Shown here in pieces: positions 49,200 to 58,600 of a stretch of DNA of 64,000 nt. The stretch covers positions 128,001 to 192,000 of the forward strand of contig CAXXMR010000019.1 of the NCBI GenBank assembly GCA_963663805.2, in the 5' to 3' direction. Under the pieces are notes generated by a model, which worked only from the letters and a program-made list of their open reading frames with translations, was not told where the DNA came from and did not search any database. This DNA is from Sedimentisphaerales bacterium (GTDB lineage Bacteria; Planctomycetota; Phycisphaerae; Sedimentisphaerales; SM23-30). Numbering within the stretch: the stretch's first letter is position 1; every line of letters begins with the position of its first letter. The translations under genes and the position numbers were made by a program.

Positions 49200-49288
49200 T
49201 TACCAACTGTAGCCCGGCCATAATAAGCAGATTTGGGGCTGAAAAATGAGTTAAACGACCGAACGTATTGCAGGATAACGATATACTG

Positions 49289-50041
49289 ATGTATGCCATC
49301 ATTTCTGATATTCATTCCAATTTAGCTGCGCTGGAAGCGGTTTTGGCTGACATTGACCAGCGGGGCGTCAAGGAAATTTTCTGTCTGGGTGATGTGGTTG
49401 GCTATGGTCCCCAACCCCGCGAGTGCCTGGACCTGATTGTTCAACGGGGGATTATGGGCATTCTGGGTAATCACGACCAGGCGGTGTTTTATGAACCGAC
49501 CAATTTTAATGTCGGGGCTGAAAGAGCTAGCTACTGGACCCGCCAGTGCCTGGAGGAAGAAACCGACCTCAAAAAACGCAATGAACGCTGGGCGTTTTTG
49601 GGCCGGCTTTCGGTGAGGATTCAGATGGGTGATGTGCTGATGGTCCACGGTTCACCCCGTCGGCCGGTAAGCGAGTACATTTTTCCCGACGATATTTATA
49701 CCAATACCGCCAAGATTTCTTCTATCTTCGAAAGAGTAAACCACTTATGTTTCGTGGGGCACACGCATGTGCCGGGGGTTTTTCTGGATGACCCGGATTT
49801 TTACAGTGTGGACGAGCTGGATTATGTGTACCCGGTTTGTGCCGAAGAGCGGGCGATTATCAATGTCGGTAGTGTGGGTCAGCCTCGCGACCAGGATACC
49901 CGCTCCAGCTATGTGGTAGTTACCGACGAAAAAATCGAGTTCGTGAGAATCGAATACGATATTGAAGACACTGTGGCCAAAATTTTCGCCAATCCCGCTC
50001 TGGATGATTTCGAGGGCAAGCGTCTGCGGGAAGGCCGCTAA
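49289..50041 (+). CDS. Calcineurin-like metallophosphoesterase
   Basis: SDIHSN, GDVVGYG, GNHD, HGSP, GHTH, NVGSVGQPRD. Confidence 0.92.
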   Translation: MYAIISDIHSNLAALEAVLADIDQRGVKEIFCLGDVVGYGPQPRECLDLIVQRGIMGILGNHDQAVFYEPTNFNVGAERASYWTRQCLEEETDLKKRNERWAFLGRLSVRIQMGDVLMVHGSPRRPVSEYIFPDDIYTNTAKISSIFERVNHLCFVGHTHVPGVFLDDPDFYSVDELDYVYPVCAEERAIINVGSVGQPRDQDTRSSYVVVTDEKIEFVRIEYDIEDTVAKIFANPALDDFEGKRLREGR

Positions 50042-50103
50042 CGCGGCGCGGTTTGTGATATTTTCTGACCTAAATTCATAAATACTTACCTGACAGGATA
50101 CTA

Positions 50104-52140
50104 ATGGACAAGGACGATATAAAAAGAATGATAACCGCTTTCGTGGTTTGCATGGTCATTATGCTGGGCTGGCAATATTTCGCGGGCGACAAAAATAAAC
50201 TCGCTCCGCCCAGTCCTGATTCACAGGCGACCCCAGCCCAGGATGGCGAACCACTAAGCGGCGTCAGTGAAACGCCTGAGCCTGTCAAGAGTGCCGCCCC
50301 AGCCGAAATCAAAGCTGCCACCGGTACAAACTGGCGGGTTATGCCGGTGGAAACCACTGATTTGGAACTTCTAATCGGCAGTCGTATCAAGGAAACCGGT
50401 GGTTACAAAGCGGAAATCCAGCTTGATAACGCCACCGCTTCGGTTCGTCAGGTGATGTTAAGTGAGTATAAATGGAAAGTTACGGACAAAGAAACCGGCT
50501 ATCCGCTGCTCAACCCCGCCCAGACCGGCCGGGGACGCGAAGTCCTCTCTTTCATGTTCGGTACAATGAAGCTCAAGGGCCGCAGCGAGGTTTTTGACCT
50601 TTCCAAAGGGGTCTGGCAGGTTACTGACAGCTCTGACGATGAAACTGTTACGGTGACTTATACCGCGTCAATTGTCGATGAGAACGCTAATTCCATGCTG
50701 GATGTGATTAAAGAATACAGTTACCAGCGGGATAATTACGAAATGGGTTTCGATATTCGTTTTGTGAATCATAGCGATGAGCCCATCGAAGTTTCAGAAT
50801 TGGAATTTATCGGCCCGGTCGGTCCGCTGCGTGAAGACCCTCGTACCGATTTGCGGGCGGTAACTGCCGCTTATTTATCAGGTTCCGGCACTTTGAAGAC
50901 CGAACGCACCATGCTGTCCAAGGTCTCGCCGGGTGAAGCGATAGACCCGGTTGAGAAGCCCGCCGACGCGGTAGAAATGAATTGGTTTGCGGTGTCGAAC
51001 AAGTTTTTCGCGGCGGTTATGAGGCCTCAGCCGGTCGAAAGCGCCCAGCATGTGGATTATCTGGCCGGTAAAATGCTGCGAATAGTGCCGCTTTATCTGC
51101 CGGATGACGGCCTGGCCAGGATCGAAGCGAAAATTGACTCGTTCAGCGAAGTGACCAAGGTGATAACCCCGGAACCGCTAACTGCTGGCGATTCAATAAA
51201 TTATAATTTCAAGGTTTATCTGGGAGCTATTGATAAGCGGATTTTTGACGAGCCTTATTATGCCAATTTGGGTTACGAACATCTTATTCAGGCCAGTTCG
51301 TGTTTTTGTGCTTTGGACTGGATAACAGTGGTAATTCTGGGGCTGATGAACAGCATTTACGCCCTGATTCATAATTACGGGGTGGCGGTGATTGTGCTGG
51401 TGTTGCTGATGCGGCTGGTTCTGCATCCGATTACCAAAAAAAGCCAGATTTCCATGTCCAAGATGGGCAAGATTCAGCCCATGATTAAGGAATTGAACGA
51501 TAAATACGGCAATAACAAGGCTGAACTGAATCGTCGGACCATGGAACTCTATAAGGAGTATGGACTTAGCCAGTCGATGCTGCTGGGATGTCTGCCGATG
51601 TTTTTGCAGATGCCTATCTGGATTTCGCTTTATACAGCCGTTAATTCCAACGTTGCGCTGCGTCATCAGGGGCTTTTTCCGGCGAGTTGGCACTGGCTGA
51701 ATGACCTTTCGGCCCCTGACCGGCTGATACCATTTTCGGCATTTGGCGTGACCAGCCCGATTGATATTCCCATGATCGGTCCTATCGACGCTATCAACTT
51801 GCTGCCTATGCTTTTATGTGTGGCGATGTATTTGCAGATGAAGCTGTCGCCCCAGGCGGCGATGGGAGGTTCTAATCCTCAGGCAGCACAACAACAGGCG
51901 ATGATGAAATATATGATGCCGGTGATGATGCTGCTGTTCCTTTATACGGCTCCTTCGGGTTTGAATCTGTATATTATGGCAAGTACGTTCGCGGGGGTTT
52001 ATGAGCAGAAGCGGATACGTAAGCATATCGAACAGCAGGACGCCGCTGCGGTGGTGGGTACGGTGGCAACTACGGCGAAGGTCGGCAATAAGCTGGGTGA
52101 GAAGAAAAAGAAACCCAGGCCGCCGATACGGTATCAATAA
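50104..52140 (+). CDS. yidC: Membrane protein insertase YidC
   Basis: N-terminal TM plus large periplasmic domain; NYGVAVI..RLVLHP; GCLPMFLQMPI; DLSAPD; PSGLNLY. Confidence 0.95.
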   Translation: MDKDDIKRMITAFVVCMVIMLGWQYFAGDKNKLAPPSPDSQATPAQDGEPLSGVSETPEPVKSAAPAEIKAATGTNWRVMPVETTDLELLIGSRIKETGGYKAEIQLDNATASVRQVMLSEYKWKVTDKETGYPLLNPAQTGRGREVLSFMFGTMKLKGRSEVFDLSKGVWQVTDSSDDETVTVTYTASIVDENANSMLDVIKEYSYQRDNYEMGFDIRFVNHSDEPIEVSELEFIGPVGPLREDPRTDLRAVTAAYLSGSGTLKTERTMLSKVSPGEAIDPVEKPADAVEMNWFAVSNKFFAAVMRPQPVESAQHVDYLAGKMLRIVPLYLPDDGLARIEAKIDSFSEVTKVITPEPLTAGDSINYNFKVYLGAIDKRIFDEPYYANLGYEHLIQASSCFCALDWITVVILGLMNSIYALIHNYGVAVIVLVLLMRLVLHPITKKSQISMSKMGKIQPMIKELNDKYGNNKAELNRRTMELYKEYGLSQSMLLGCLPMFLQMPIWISLYTAVNSNVALRHQGLFPASWHWLNDLSAPDRLIPFSAFGVTSPIDIPMIGPIDAINLLPMLLCVAMYLQMKLSPQAAMGGSNPQAAQQQAMMKYMMPVMMLLFLYTAPSGLNLYIMASTFAGVYEQKRIRKHIEQQDAAAVVGTVATTAKVGNKLGEKKKKPRPPIRYQ

Positions 52141-52151
52141 TATTATCTGCT

Positions 52152-53435
52152 ATGTATTGCCCTGACGACACGGTAGCTGCGGTTAGTTCTCCGGCAGGTT
52201 TGGCGGGTCGGGGGGTGATACGGATATCGGGTTCCGATGCGTTAGTCATTGGCAGGGAGTTAGTTAAGGGGGGCCGGGTTCGGTTGGGCGAGGGGTTTTC
52301 TTGTGGGGGCGTCTGTTATGAATTTATTGGGCCGAGGAGCTATACCGGCGAGGATACGGTGGAACTTCATCTGCCTGGTTCGCCGGTTTTGCTGCAAATG
52401 GTTATGGGGCAGATAGTTGAGGCTGGGGCTCGCCTGGCGGAGGCGGGAGAGTTTACGGCGCGGGCATTTTTTAATGGCAGGATGGATTTAACGGAAGCTG
52501 AGGCGGTAGCGGAAGTTATATCCGCTCGGAGTGACGCGGAGCTGGCGGCAGCGGAGCGGCTTTTGGCGGGGGCGCTGCATGAGCGGTGCGGTAAACTGGC
52601 GGGGCGGCTGGCGGAGATATTGGGGCTGGTTGAGGCGGGGATTGATTTTAGTGAAGAAGAGATAGAATTCGCAAGTGCTGAAGAATTATTGAGTTATGTG
52701 CAGGAAGTTCGGGAGGCTCTGAGGCGGTTGCTGGAGGAAAGTTTGAGCTGGGAGGATTTACATGAATTGCCGCGGGTGGTTTTCGCCGGGGCAGCTAACG
52801 CTGGTAAGTCCAGTCTAGTAAATGCTTTACTTGGATTAGAGCGGAGCATTGTCAGCTCGATGGCTGGTACGACGCGGGATGTGCTGACGGCACCTTTGAG
52901 GCTGGCAGAAGGTGAGTGTTTATTGGTTGATACAGCGGGGCTGGGGGTGGTTGATGATGTGTTAGCTGCTGAAACACAAGAGGTTACGAAAAGTGAAGCG
53001 GCGGGTGCGGATTTACTGGTCTGGGTGATGGACGGCTCGAAAGAGCGGGCGGCGGAGGTGCCGGCAGGGGCGTTGGCGGTAGTTAATAAATCTGATATAT
53101 TACTGAAGTTACGTGTCGAAGGGGCGATTGTGGTTTCGGCTTTGACGGGGCAGGGAGTTGATAGACTCAAGGCGGAGATTGGGAGGCGGCTGGGTCTTAG
53201 AGGTGGTGAGGTCGGCGGGTCGGCGGTGGCACTTAACTTACGGCAGAGAAAGGCTTTAGAGGCTGGGCTGGAGCATCTGGGCGGGGCGGTTGAGAGGCTG
53301 GCCAGGGGGCGGGCGGATGAGATTCTGGCGGTTGAATTGAGGTCGGCGTTGGATGAACTGGGGACTGTGAGCGGGGCGATTGTCAGCGATGAGGTGCTGG
53401 GCGAGATATTCGGGCGGTTTTGTGTAGGTAAGTAA
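52152..53435 (+). CDS. mnmE: tRNA modification GTPase MnmE
   Basis: PRSYTGED, GEFTARAF, NAGKSS, GTTRD, DTAG, NKSD, terminal FCVGK. Confidence 0.95.
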   Translation: MYCPDDTVAAVSSPAGLAGRGVIRISGSDALVIGRELVKGGRVRLGEGFSCGGVCYEFIGPRSYTGEDTVELHLPGSPVLLQMVMGQIVEAGARLAEAGEFTARAFFNGRMDLTEAEAVAEVISARSDAELAAAERLLAGALHERCGKLAGRLAEILGLVEAGIDFSEEEIEFASAEELLSYVQEVREALRRLLEESLSWEDLHELPRVVFAGAANAGKSSLVNALLGLERSIVSSMAGTTRDVLTAPLRLAEGECLLVDTAGLGVVDDVLAAETQEVTKSEAAGADLLVWVMDGSKERAAEVPAGALAVVNKSDILLKLRVEGAIVVSALTGQGVDRLKAEIGRRLGLRGGEVGGSAVALNLRQRKALEAGLEHLGGAVERLARGRADEILAVELRSALDELGTVSGAIVSDEVLGEIFGRFCVGK

Positions 53436-53523
53436 GTTGTTTGTTAAGAGTCGGTTACGAAAAAGTTATTTTTTTATTTTTTTTGGGGTTGACTGATTGA
53501 GGAAATGGGGGTATATTTCCTTC

Positions 53524-53591
53524 AACATTTTCCTCCTCCTTTGGACGAGAGAGAGAGAGAGCACACACAATCTTTTCTCTCGTCTTTTTTT
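53524..53591 (+). ncRNA. Candidate small RNA with CCUCCUCC anti-SD tract and terminator
   Basis: TTGACT-17bp-TATATT at 53489-53517; TTCCTCCTCCTTT at 53530-53542; stem GACGAGAGA/TCTCTCGTC followed by T7. Confidence 0.5.
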
Positions 53592-53959
53592 GCGCGCATT
53601 TAACGGCGTGTATCGCATTCATTGGGTCTTGTTTGGCGTTTCCGTTGGTGGGTATAGATAGGTTCATAAGTCCTTATTTTTGTGAGCGTGAGGGTGACTT
53701 CGTAGTCGCGATTGGGGCTTAAAACTGGTTTTTCGGGTGGGGGGTTCTCCTTAATGCGCAATTTGCAGGGGCGAAATCAGCGCGATTGGGGATTTTTGGG
53801 GGGTAAAAAGAGTGTTTGGGGGCAGGGGGCGGGGGATTTTGGGTGTGAATATGCCTGTTTGGGGCGTTATTGCGGTGGTAAAGTCGTGTTTGCGATGGGG
53901 TTTTCGGCGCGGTTTGGGCTGGGGTGACCGATTTTTGACGATTTTTTTGATTTTTGGGG

Positions 53960-55408
53960 CAATCCTGTTCGGCACATTTATTGCTCAAATACAGTTTTTC
54001 TGTGGTCTTTGCAGTTCATATGATTTAGCGGGGATTACCCCTCAGTGGGACTGTCGGCACTGGTTATTTTGGCGCAGCATCAGCGGCAGCGGCGATTTTT
54101 TTGAGGATCGGCCTTAGTTTTGGCTTTGGAGTTTATTGATATGGTTCTGCATTTCTTGCTCGTCGGCCATGCCGCAGAGGTGCCAGCAGAGCATTTCGTA
54201 GGTTCTTAAAGTTGGTTTTTTGCCCGTCCACAGGCTGATCAGCATACAGGCGATAATCGCGGCGTACATCTGTAGTTCGATACCGTTTTCGCAGAGGCTT
54301 AGCAGATGTCGGCAGCCCAGCACATGCTTAAAAAAGCGGAAAAATATTTCGATGGCCCAGCGTTTCTGATAGAGCAGGGCAATGACTTCGGCGTCCAGGT
54401 CCAGCCGGTCGGTGGCAATCAAAATCATCTCACTCTGACGTGGTCCCTGGCCCCGTTTCAAATGCGGTTGACATTCAACCGCTATCAGGCGTAACGGTTG
54501 TTTGAAATCTTCCCGCAGTTTTTCACTGCTGCCGGCGATTACCGTACGATCAAAAATTATCCCCGCTTTTCGAGCATCTTCAGTTAAAGGTTTTTCCTGA
54601 ATAGTTTCGTAAACCGTATCCTCACGCAGCCGACAGACAAAAGAGCTTTTACTATCCACAATGGCCTGAAACAGCTTAAAACAGGCATATCCGCGATCAT
54701 TGACATAAATCCGGCCGGGCTGAAGATTCTCTAAAAAAACCTTTCGCTCATCAGACTTGTCTTCACTGATATTTATTTTCAGAGGCACATATTTTTCCAG
54801 ATCAAACTGAGTGTGTGCTTTAATTCCGGGTTTGTCGGTGTCCCAGGCAGCCTGAGTGAGTTTTTGCAAAGCCTGAATACTGCTGCCGTCCACCAGGGTA
54901 ATGACCTGACCGACTTCCAGTTTTTTGTCCTGAGATATCGGCCCTAACTGCTCAGTGAGTTGAGCGATTATCGGCTCTAACAAAGAACTCTCAAAAACCC
55001 GGGATGCTTCCGAAAGCGAACCCAGCGAAGCACGCGAACAACCCAACAGCCGCTGTACCTTTTTGAGCTCGCCGGCCTGCTGCAAAGACCGGATGGAACT
55101 GCAGATCGGATTGAACATGTATAACAGCAGCAGACTGACATACTGGTCCATGAATAATGTGCGATTGCCGGCCCGGTCCCGCTCACATCCCGCCGAGTGA
55201 AGACCTTTCAGCAGAGCCGAGAGGGACTTGAAATACTTGAACCCACGCAGGTCCCGCTCCTGGATTTTTTTACGCTTAGCACTCATGCCTCCTATTAGAG
55301 CATAAATATCCCTCGAGCGCAAATTACCTATCTTAACATTTCGGGTTTTTTTTTAAAAAAATACAGGAGGCCAAAAGCCTAAAGCAATAAATGTGCCGAA
55401 CAGGATTG
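53960..55408 (-). mobile_element. IS4-family insertion sequence
   Basis: Perfect 26-bp terminal IR CAATCCTGTTCGGCACATTTATTGCT (53960-53985 / 55383-55408); 9-bp TSD TTTTTGGGG (53951-53959 / 55409-55417). Confidence 0.95.
54114..55286 (-). CDS. IS4-family DDE transposase
   Basis: VDGS, DRGY, Y..RW.IE..FR (YREK-type) motifs; AGGAGG RBS before ATG 55286. Confidence 0.93.
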   Translation of the reverse strand: MSAKRKKIQERDLRGFKYFKSLSALLKGLHSAGCERDRAGNRTLFMDQYVSLLLLYMFNPICSSIRSLQQAGELKKVQRLLGCSRASLGSLSEASRVFESSLLEPIIAQLTEQLGPISQDKKLEVGQVITLVDGSSIQALQKLTQAAWDTDKPGIKAHTQFDLEKYVPLKINISEDKSDERKVFLENLQPGRIYVNDRGYACFKLFQAIVDSKSSFVCRLREDTVYETIQEKPLTEDARKAGIIFDRTVIAGSSEKLREDFKQPLRLIAVECQPHLKRGQGPRQSEMILIATDRLDLDAEVIALLYQKRWAIEIFFRFFKHVLGCRHLLSLCENGIELQMYAAIIACMLISLWTGKKPTLRTYEMLCWHLCGMADEQEMQNHINKLQSQN

Positions 55409-55557
55409 TTTTTGGGGTGGTTTTTGAGTGTTTTTTTGGGTGATTTTGAGATTTAGAAAGGCAGGAGGGATGAGGCATGAGGGAACGGCGAGGTTTCGGC
55501 CTTTGGCCGAGGATTTTTATTTAACGACAACGGCGTGGTGCCGCCTTCGGGAAAAAT

Positions 55558-55576
55558 TAAATGTACCGGACACCGT
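55558..55576 (-). repeat. 19-bp motif ACGGTGTCCGGTACATTTA
   Basis: Exact reverse-complement copy 20 bp downstream of the stop of 55597-55914. Confidence 0.95.
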
Positions 55577-55596
55577 TTCTTCGTTTCACTGCCTTT

Positions 55597-55914
55597 TCAG
55601 TCCCATTCATTGAACCTGAATGATTCGCTGAACCCGATTAAGAGCAAAATACAAATGATAAATAATAACCACACGCCCGAAAGAAAAGCTGCTACAACCG
55701 CAAGGAATTGATGAACACCGAACGTCCAACCTCGCGTACGCCACAGAAACTTCAGGCTTGCTGGCAGGCAGACTATAACTGCAAGCAATTGAGTGGCGTG
55801 AAATGGACTCTGAGGCCACCCAAACCGCTCAGCCAAAAGAATCGCAGGCGCACAAAGCGCGGCGTAAATACCCGTTAATAAAAATAACCACTTCGATAAT
55901 TGGGTGGTGTTCAT
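55597..55914 (-). CDS. Hypothetical 3-TM membrane protein
   Basis: 105 aa with three hydrophobic segments, bracketed by two copies of the 19-bp motif. Confidence 0.6.
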   Translation of the reverse strand: MNTTQLSKWLFLLTGIYAALCAPAILLAERFGWPQSPFHATQLLAVIVCLPASLKFLWRTRGWTFGVHQFLAVVAAFLSGVWLLFIICILLLIGFSESFRFNEWD

Positions 55915-55958
55915 ATCATTTGATTCCCGTTCTTACCTACTCTGTCGCCCAGGCAAAT

Positions 55959-55999
55959 TAAATGTACCGGACACCGTTTCGTTGCCCCGTTTCGTTGCC
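55959..55999 (-). repeat. 19-bp motif with adjacent 13-bp tandem duplication
   Basis: Motif at 55959-55977; CCGTTTCGTTGCC repeated at 55974-55986 and 55987-55999, abutting the TAG of 55999-56511. Confidence 0.95.
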
Positions 56000-56511
56000 T
56001 AATTTGCCCCTAAATCCGGATTAAGAGAGTCAATATATTCGTCATAATTATCTATCTCATCATACCAAAAGTCATAATAATACAGACCAGGAATAAGCTC
56101 GCGATTCAGATGACAAGAAAAACTGGTTTTTGATGGGATTGCATCTTTACTGAGAGCAACTAACCCCAATCGGATTCCGCAATTGATAAGAATGCTATCG
56201 TCCGTAATATAAATATTACCATAACCAATTTCGATTAAGGATTTAGGTAGATTTTGCAATTCTGCATCAATATCGAAAACGTAGTTTTTCTTGTTCCATT
56301 TTCCAGTCAGGTGTGCCTTTATCACTTCTCGGCAATCCTTCAAAATCTGAACGTGGTCAATTTCATAAACAGCTCGTCTTATTTGTGGTCTACGAACTTC
56401 ATCAAGTGGCTTATTAAAATCAATAATAACCGCGGTAATATAAGTTGCGATTGCCATAAACAAAACAATTGAAATCGCAATAAGGTACCAATATTTATGT
56501 TTCACAACCAC
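55999..56511 (-). CDS. Hypothetical membrane-anchored protein, paralog 1 (AT-rich)
   Basis: N-terminal TM; GGAGG RBS; shares IRR.VYE.DH...DCR, LIPGLYY.D, YIDSLNP with 56574-57104. Confidence 0.8.
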   Translation of the reverse strand: MVVKHKYWYLIAISIVLFMAIATYITAVIIDFNKPLDEVRRPQIRRAVYEIDHVQILKDCREVIKAHLTGKWNKKNYVFDIDAELQNLPKSLIEIGYGNIYITDDSILINCGIRLGLVALSKDAIPSKTSFSCHLNRELIPGLYYYDFWYDEIDNYDEYIDSLNPDLGAN

Positions 56512-56573
56512 GCTGTTCCTCCATATAAGTTATTCTGAGAAAACTAAGCTTTTCGGCACATTTTCATTCTTTA

Positions 56574-57104
56574 TTATTCCCCTGAATTTGGATTCAGCGA
56601 GTCAATATATTTATCATGGTCTTTATCTTCTCGATATTTATAATCATGATAATAAAGGCCGGGAATTAATTGCCTGTGCTGTACATATTTGAAGGTGCCT
56701 TCTAAGGGGGCAATATTTTCAGCTAAAGCAACAATGCCAACCTGATATTTTGAATGCAAAAATACGCTGTTGTGAGAAACAGTTATAATATTGAAATCTG
56801 TTTCAAGTATAGAATCAAGAACCTTCTGAGAAACGCCTTCAATTGAAGAAGCTCCTGCATATATAAGATATTCTTTTTCTTCTCCTTGAGAAAGATGAAG
56901 TTGTTCAATAATACTACGGCAATCCTGTAACATTTTCTTATGGTCTAATTCATAAACCAGACGCCGTATAAATGATTCTTTTCCTTTAACTAAAAACATT
57001 CCAAAAGAAAAAAAGAACCACATATTATAGATAATATATAAAACCAATACAAAAGCTACTATTCCCAAAACATATTGACGCCATCTATTTCTCAAACATT
57101 TCAT
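56574..57104 (-). CDS. Hypothetical membrane-anchored protein, paralog 2 (AT-rich)
   Basis: Homologous to 55999-56511. Confidence 0.8.
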   Translation of the reverse strand: MKCLRNRWRQYVLGIVAFVLVLYIIYNMWFFFSFGMFLVKGKESFIRRLVYELDHKKMLQDCRSIIEQLHLSQGEEKEYLIYAGASSIEGVSQKVLDSILETDFNIITVSHNSVFLHSKYQVGIVALAENIAPLEGTFKYVQHRQLIPGLYYHDYKYREDKDHDKYIDSLNPNSGE

Positions 57105-57115
57105 ATCGGTAGTTC

Positions 57116-58378
57116 CTAATATTTTTTAGGGCAAATCAAATCCGTCTCAGAGCGGGGGGTGAAACGGTAAATTTTGTCGTTGCGGCGTACTGTTGGTTTG
57201 TCGCTGGTTGAGTTTTGCGCGGGGGTGAAGGGGAAGGTTGCTGTGGTTTTTTCGAGTTGGGTTACGTCTTGTTTGTTAGGGTCGCGTAGTTGGGTGATTT
57301 TCATTTCTATTACGCCGGTGGTGGGGCCGTGGATTTGGATGGTGTCGCCGAGGGTTAGGGGTGCGGCGTGGATGTTGGCGTGGATTATTTTTGATTTTTG
57401 GTAATAGTTTATGATGGTGCCGACGAATTCTTTCTGGCGGGGTGCGGCGTTGCCGGCGGCGGTGGAGAAATCGTGGGGGCCGGGCCGGCCCAGGAGAAAG
57501 CCGGTGGAGAACTCCCGGTGGTAGACCTTCTCTACCTGTTCGGTCAGTTCGGCGATGAGTTGTTCTGAGTAGGTGCCGTCCTTTACGGCGTCGATGGCTT
57601 GTCGGTAGGCGGCGGTGACGGTGTGGATATATTCGGGGGCGCGGCTGCGTCCTTCGATTTTGAAGACATCTATGCCGGCGGCGATGAGCTGGTCGATGAT
57701 GCCGAGCGTACAAAGGTCTTTGGGGCTGAGGACATAGCCGTTGGATACTTCGAGTTCGTCGTCGGTTTCGGTGTCGATGACGTGATAGGAGCGGCGGCAG
57801 GGCTGGATGCAGTCGCCGCGGTTGGCGGAGCGGCCGGTGAGGAACTGGGAGATGAAACAGCGGCCGGAGACCGAGACGCACATCGCGCCGTGGACGAAGA
57901 CTTCGATTTCAATGTCGGAATTCTGGCGGAGGTGTTTTATCTGTTCGAGGGTTAGTTCGCGGGCGAGTACGACGCGGCGGGCGCCGAGGCCCTGGTAAAA
58001 CTTGAGGGCCGGGAGATTGGAGATTGAGGCCTGGGTGGAGATGTGGATGGGGATGTCGAGTTTTTGGGCCTGCTGGATGACGGCGAGGTCCCAGCAGATT
58101 ACCGCGTCGGCGTGGGCAGTTTTTATCTGGTCGAGGGTATCGTTGAGCAGTTCGAGCTCGTGGTCGTAGATGATGGTGTTGAGGGTGACGTAGACTTTGA
58201 CGTTTCGGTCGTGGGCGAGCTGGACGATGCGGGGGAGGTTTTGCAGTTCGATACCGGGTGAGTTGAGTCGCATGTTGAGTTGGCCCAGGCCGAGATAGAC
58301 GGCGTCGGCGCCAGCGTTGAGGGCGGCGGTGAAGGATGTTTCATCTCTTACGGGGGCCAATAGTTCGGTATTTTTCAT
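57116..58378 (-). CDS. Peptidase U32 family (RNA hydroxylation-type) protein
   Basis: ELLAP, GADAVYLG, HISTQ, VLAREL, FVHGAMCVSVSGRC, NRGDCIQPCR, LSPKDL, KIEGR. Confidence 0.92.
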   Translation of the reverse strand: MKNTELLAPVRDETSFTAALNAGADAVYLGLGQLNMRLNSPGIELQNLPRIVQLAHDRNVKVYVTLNTIIYDHELELLNDTLDQIKTAHADAVICWDLAVIQQAQKLDIPIHISTQASISNLPALKFYQGLGARRVVLARELTLEQIKHLRQNSDIEIEVFVHGAMCVSVSGRCFISQFLTGRSANRGDCIQPCRRSYHVIDTETDDELEVSNGYVLSPKDLCTLGIIDQLIAAGIDVFKIEGRSRAPEYIHTVTAAYRQAIDAVKDGTYSEQLIAELTEQVEKVYHREFSTGFLLGRPGPHDFSTAAGNAAPRQKEFVGTIINYYQKSKIIHANIHAAPLTLGDTIQIHGPTTGVIEMKITQLRDPNKQDVTQLEKTTATFPFTPAQNSTSDKPTVRRNDKIYRFTPRSETDLICPKKY

Positions 58379-58600
58379 ATAGTCATTATCAGGGAATCGG
58401 AGGGCTCTGGCAAGGATTCTTGCAATGGGAGGTGAGTGGTGGTAGATTTTGGATAAATAAAGTTTGGCGTGACACAGGTAAACCGGAAATCCTAAACAAT
58501 ATTAAAACGGCAAGGGCACCGCTTACTGACGTGCGCGGCTCTGATAGACAGTTGATATTTTGCGTGAAATTTCGTTTGTAAGCGATTGAAGGAGCAAAAG

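Noticed and set aside
55558..55999. 19-bp motif as an integron attC site
   Set aside because: No RYYYAAC...GTTRRRY core sites or long imperfect palindrome; no integrase in the window
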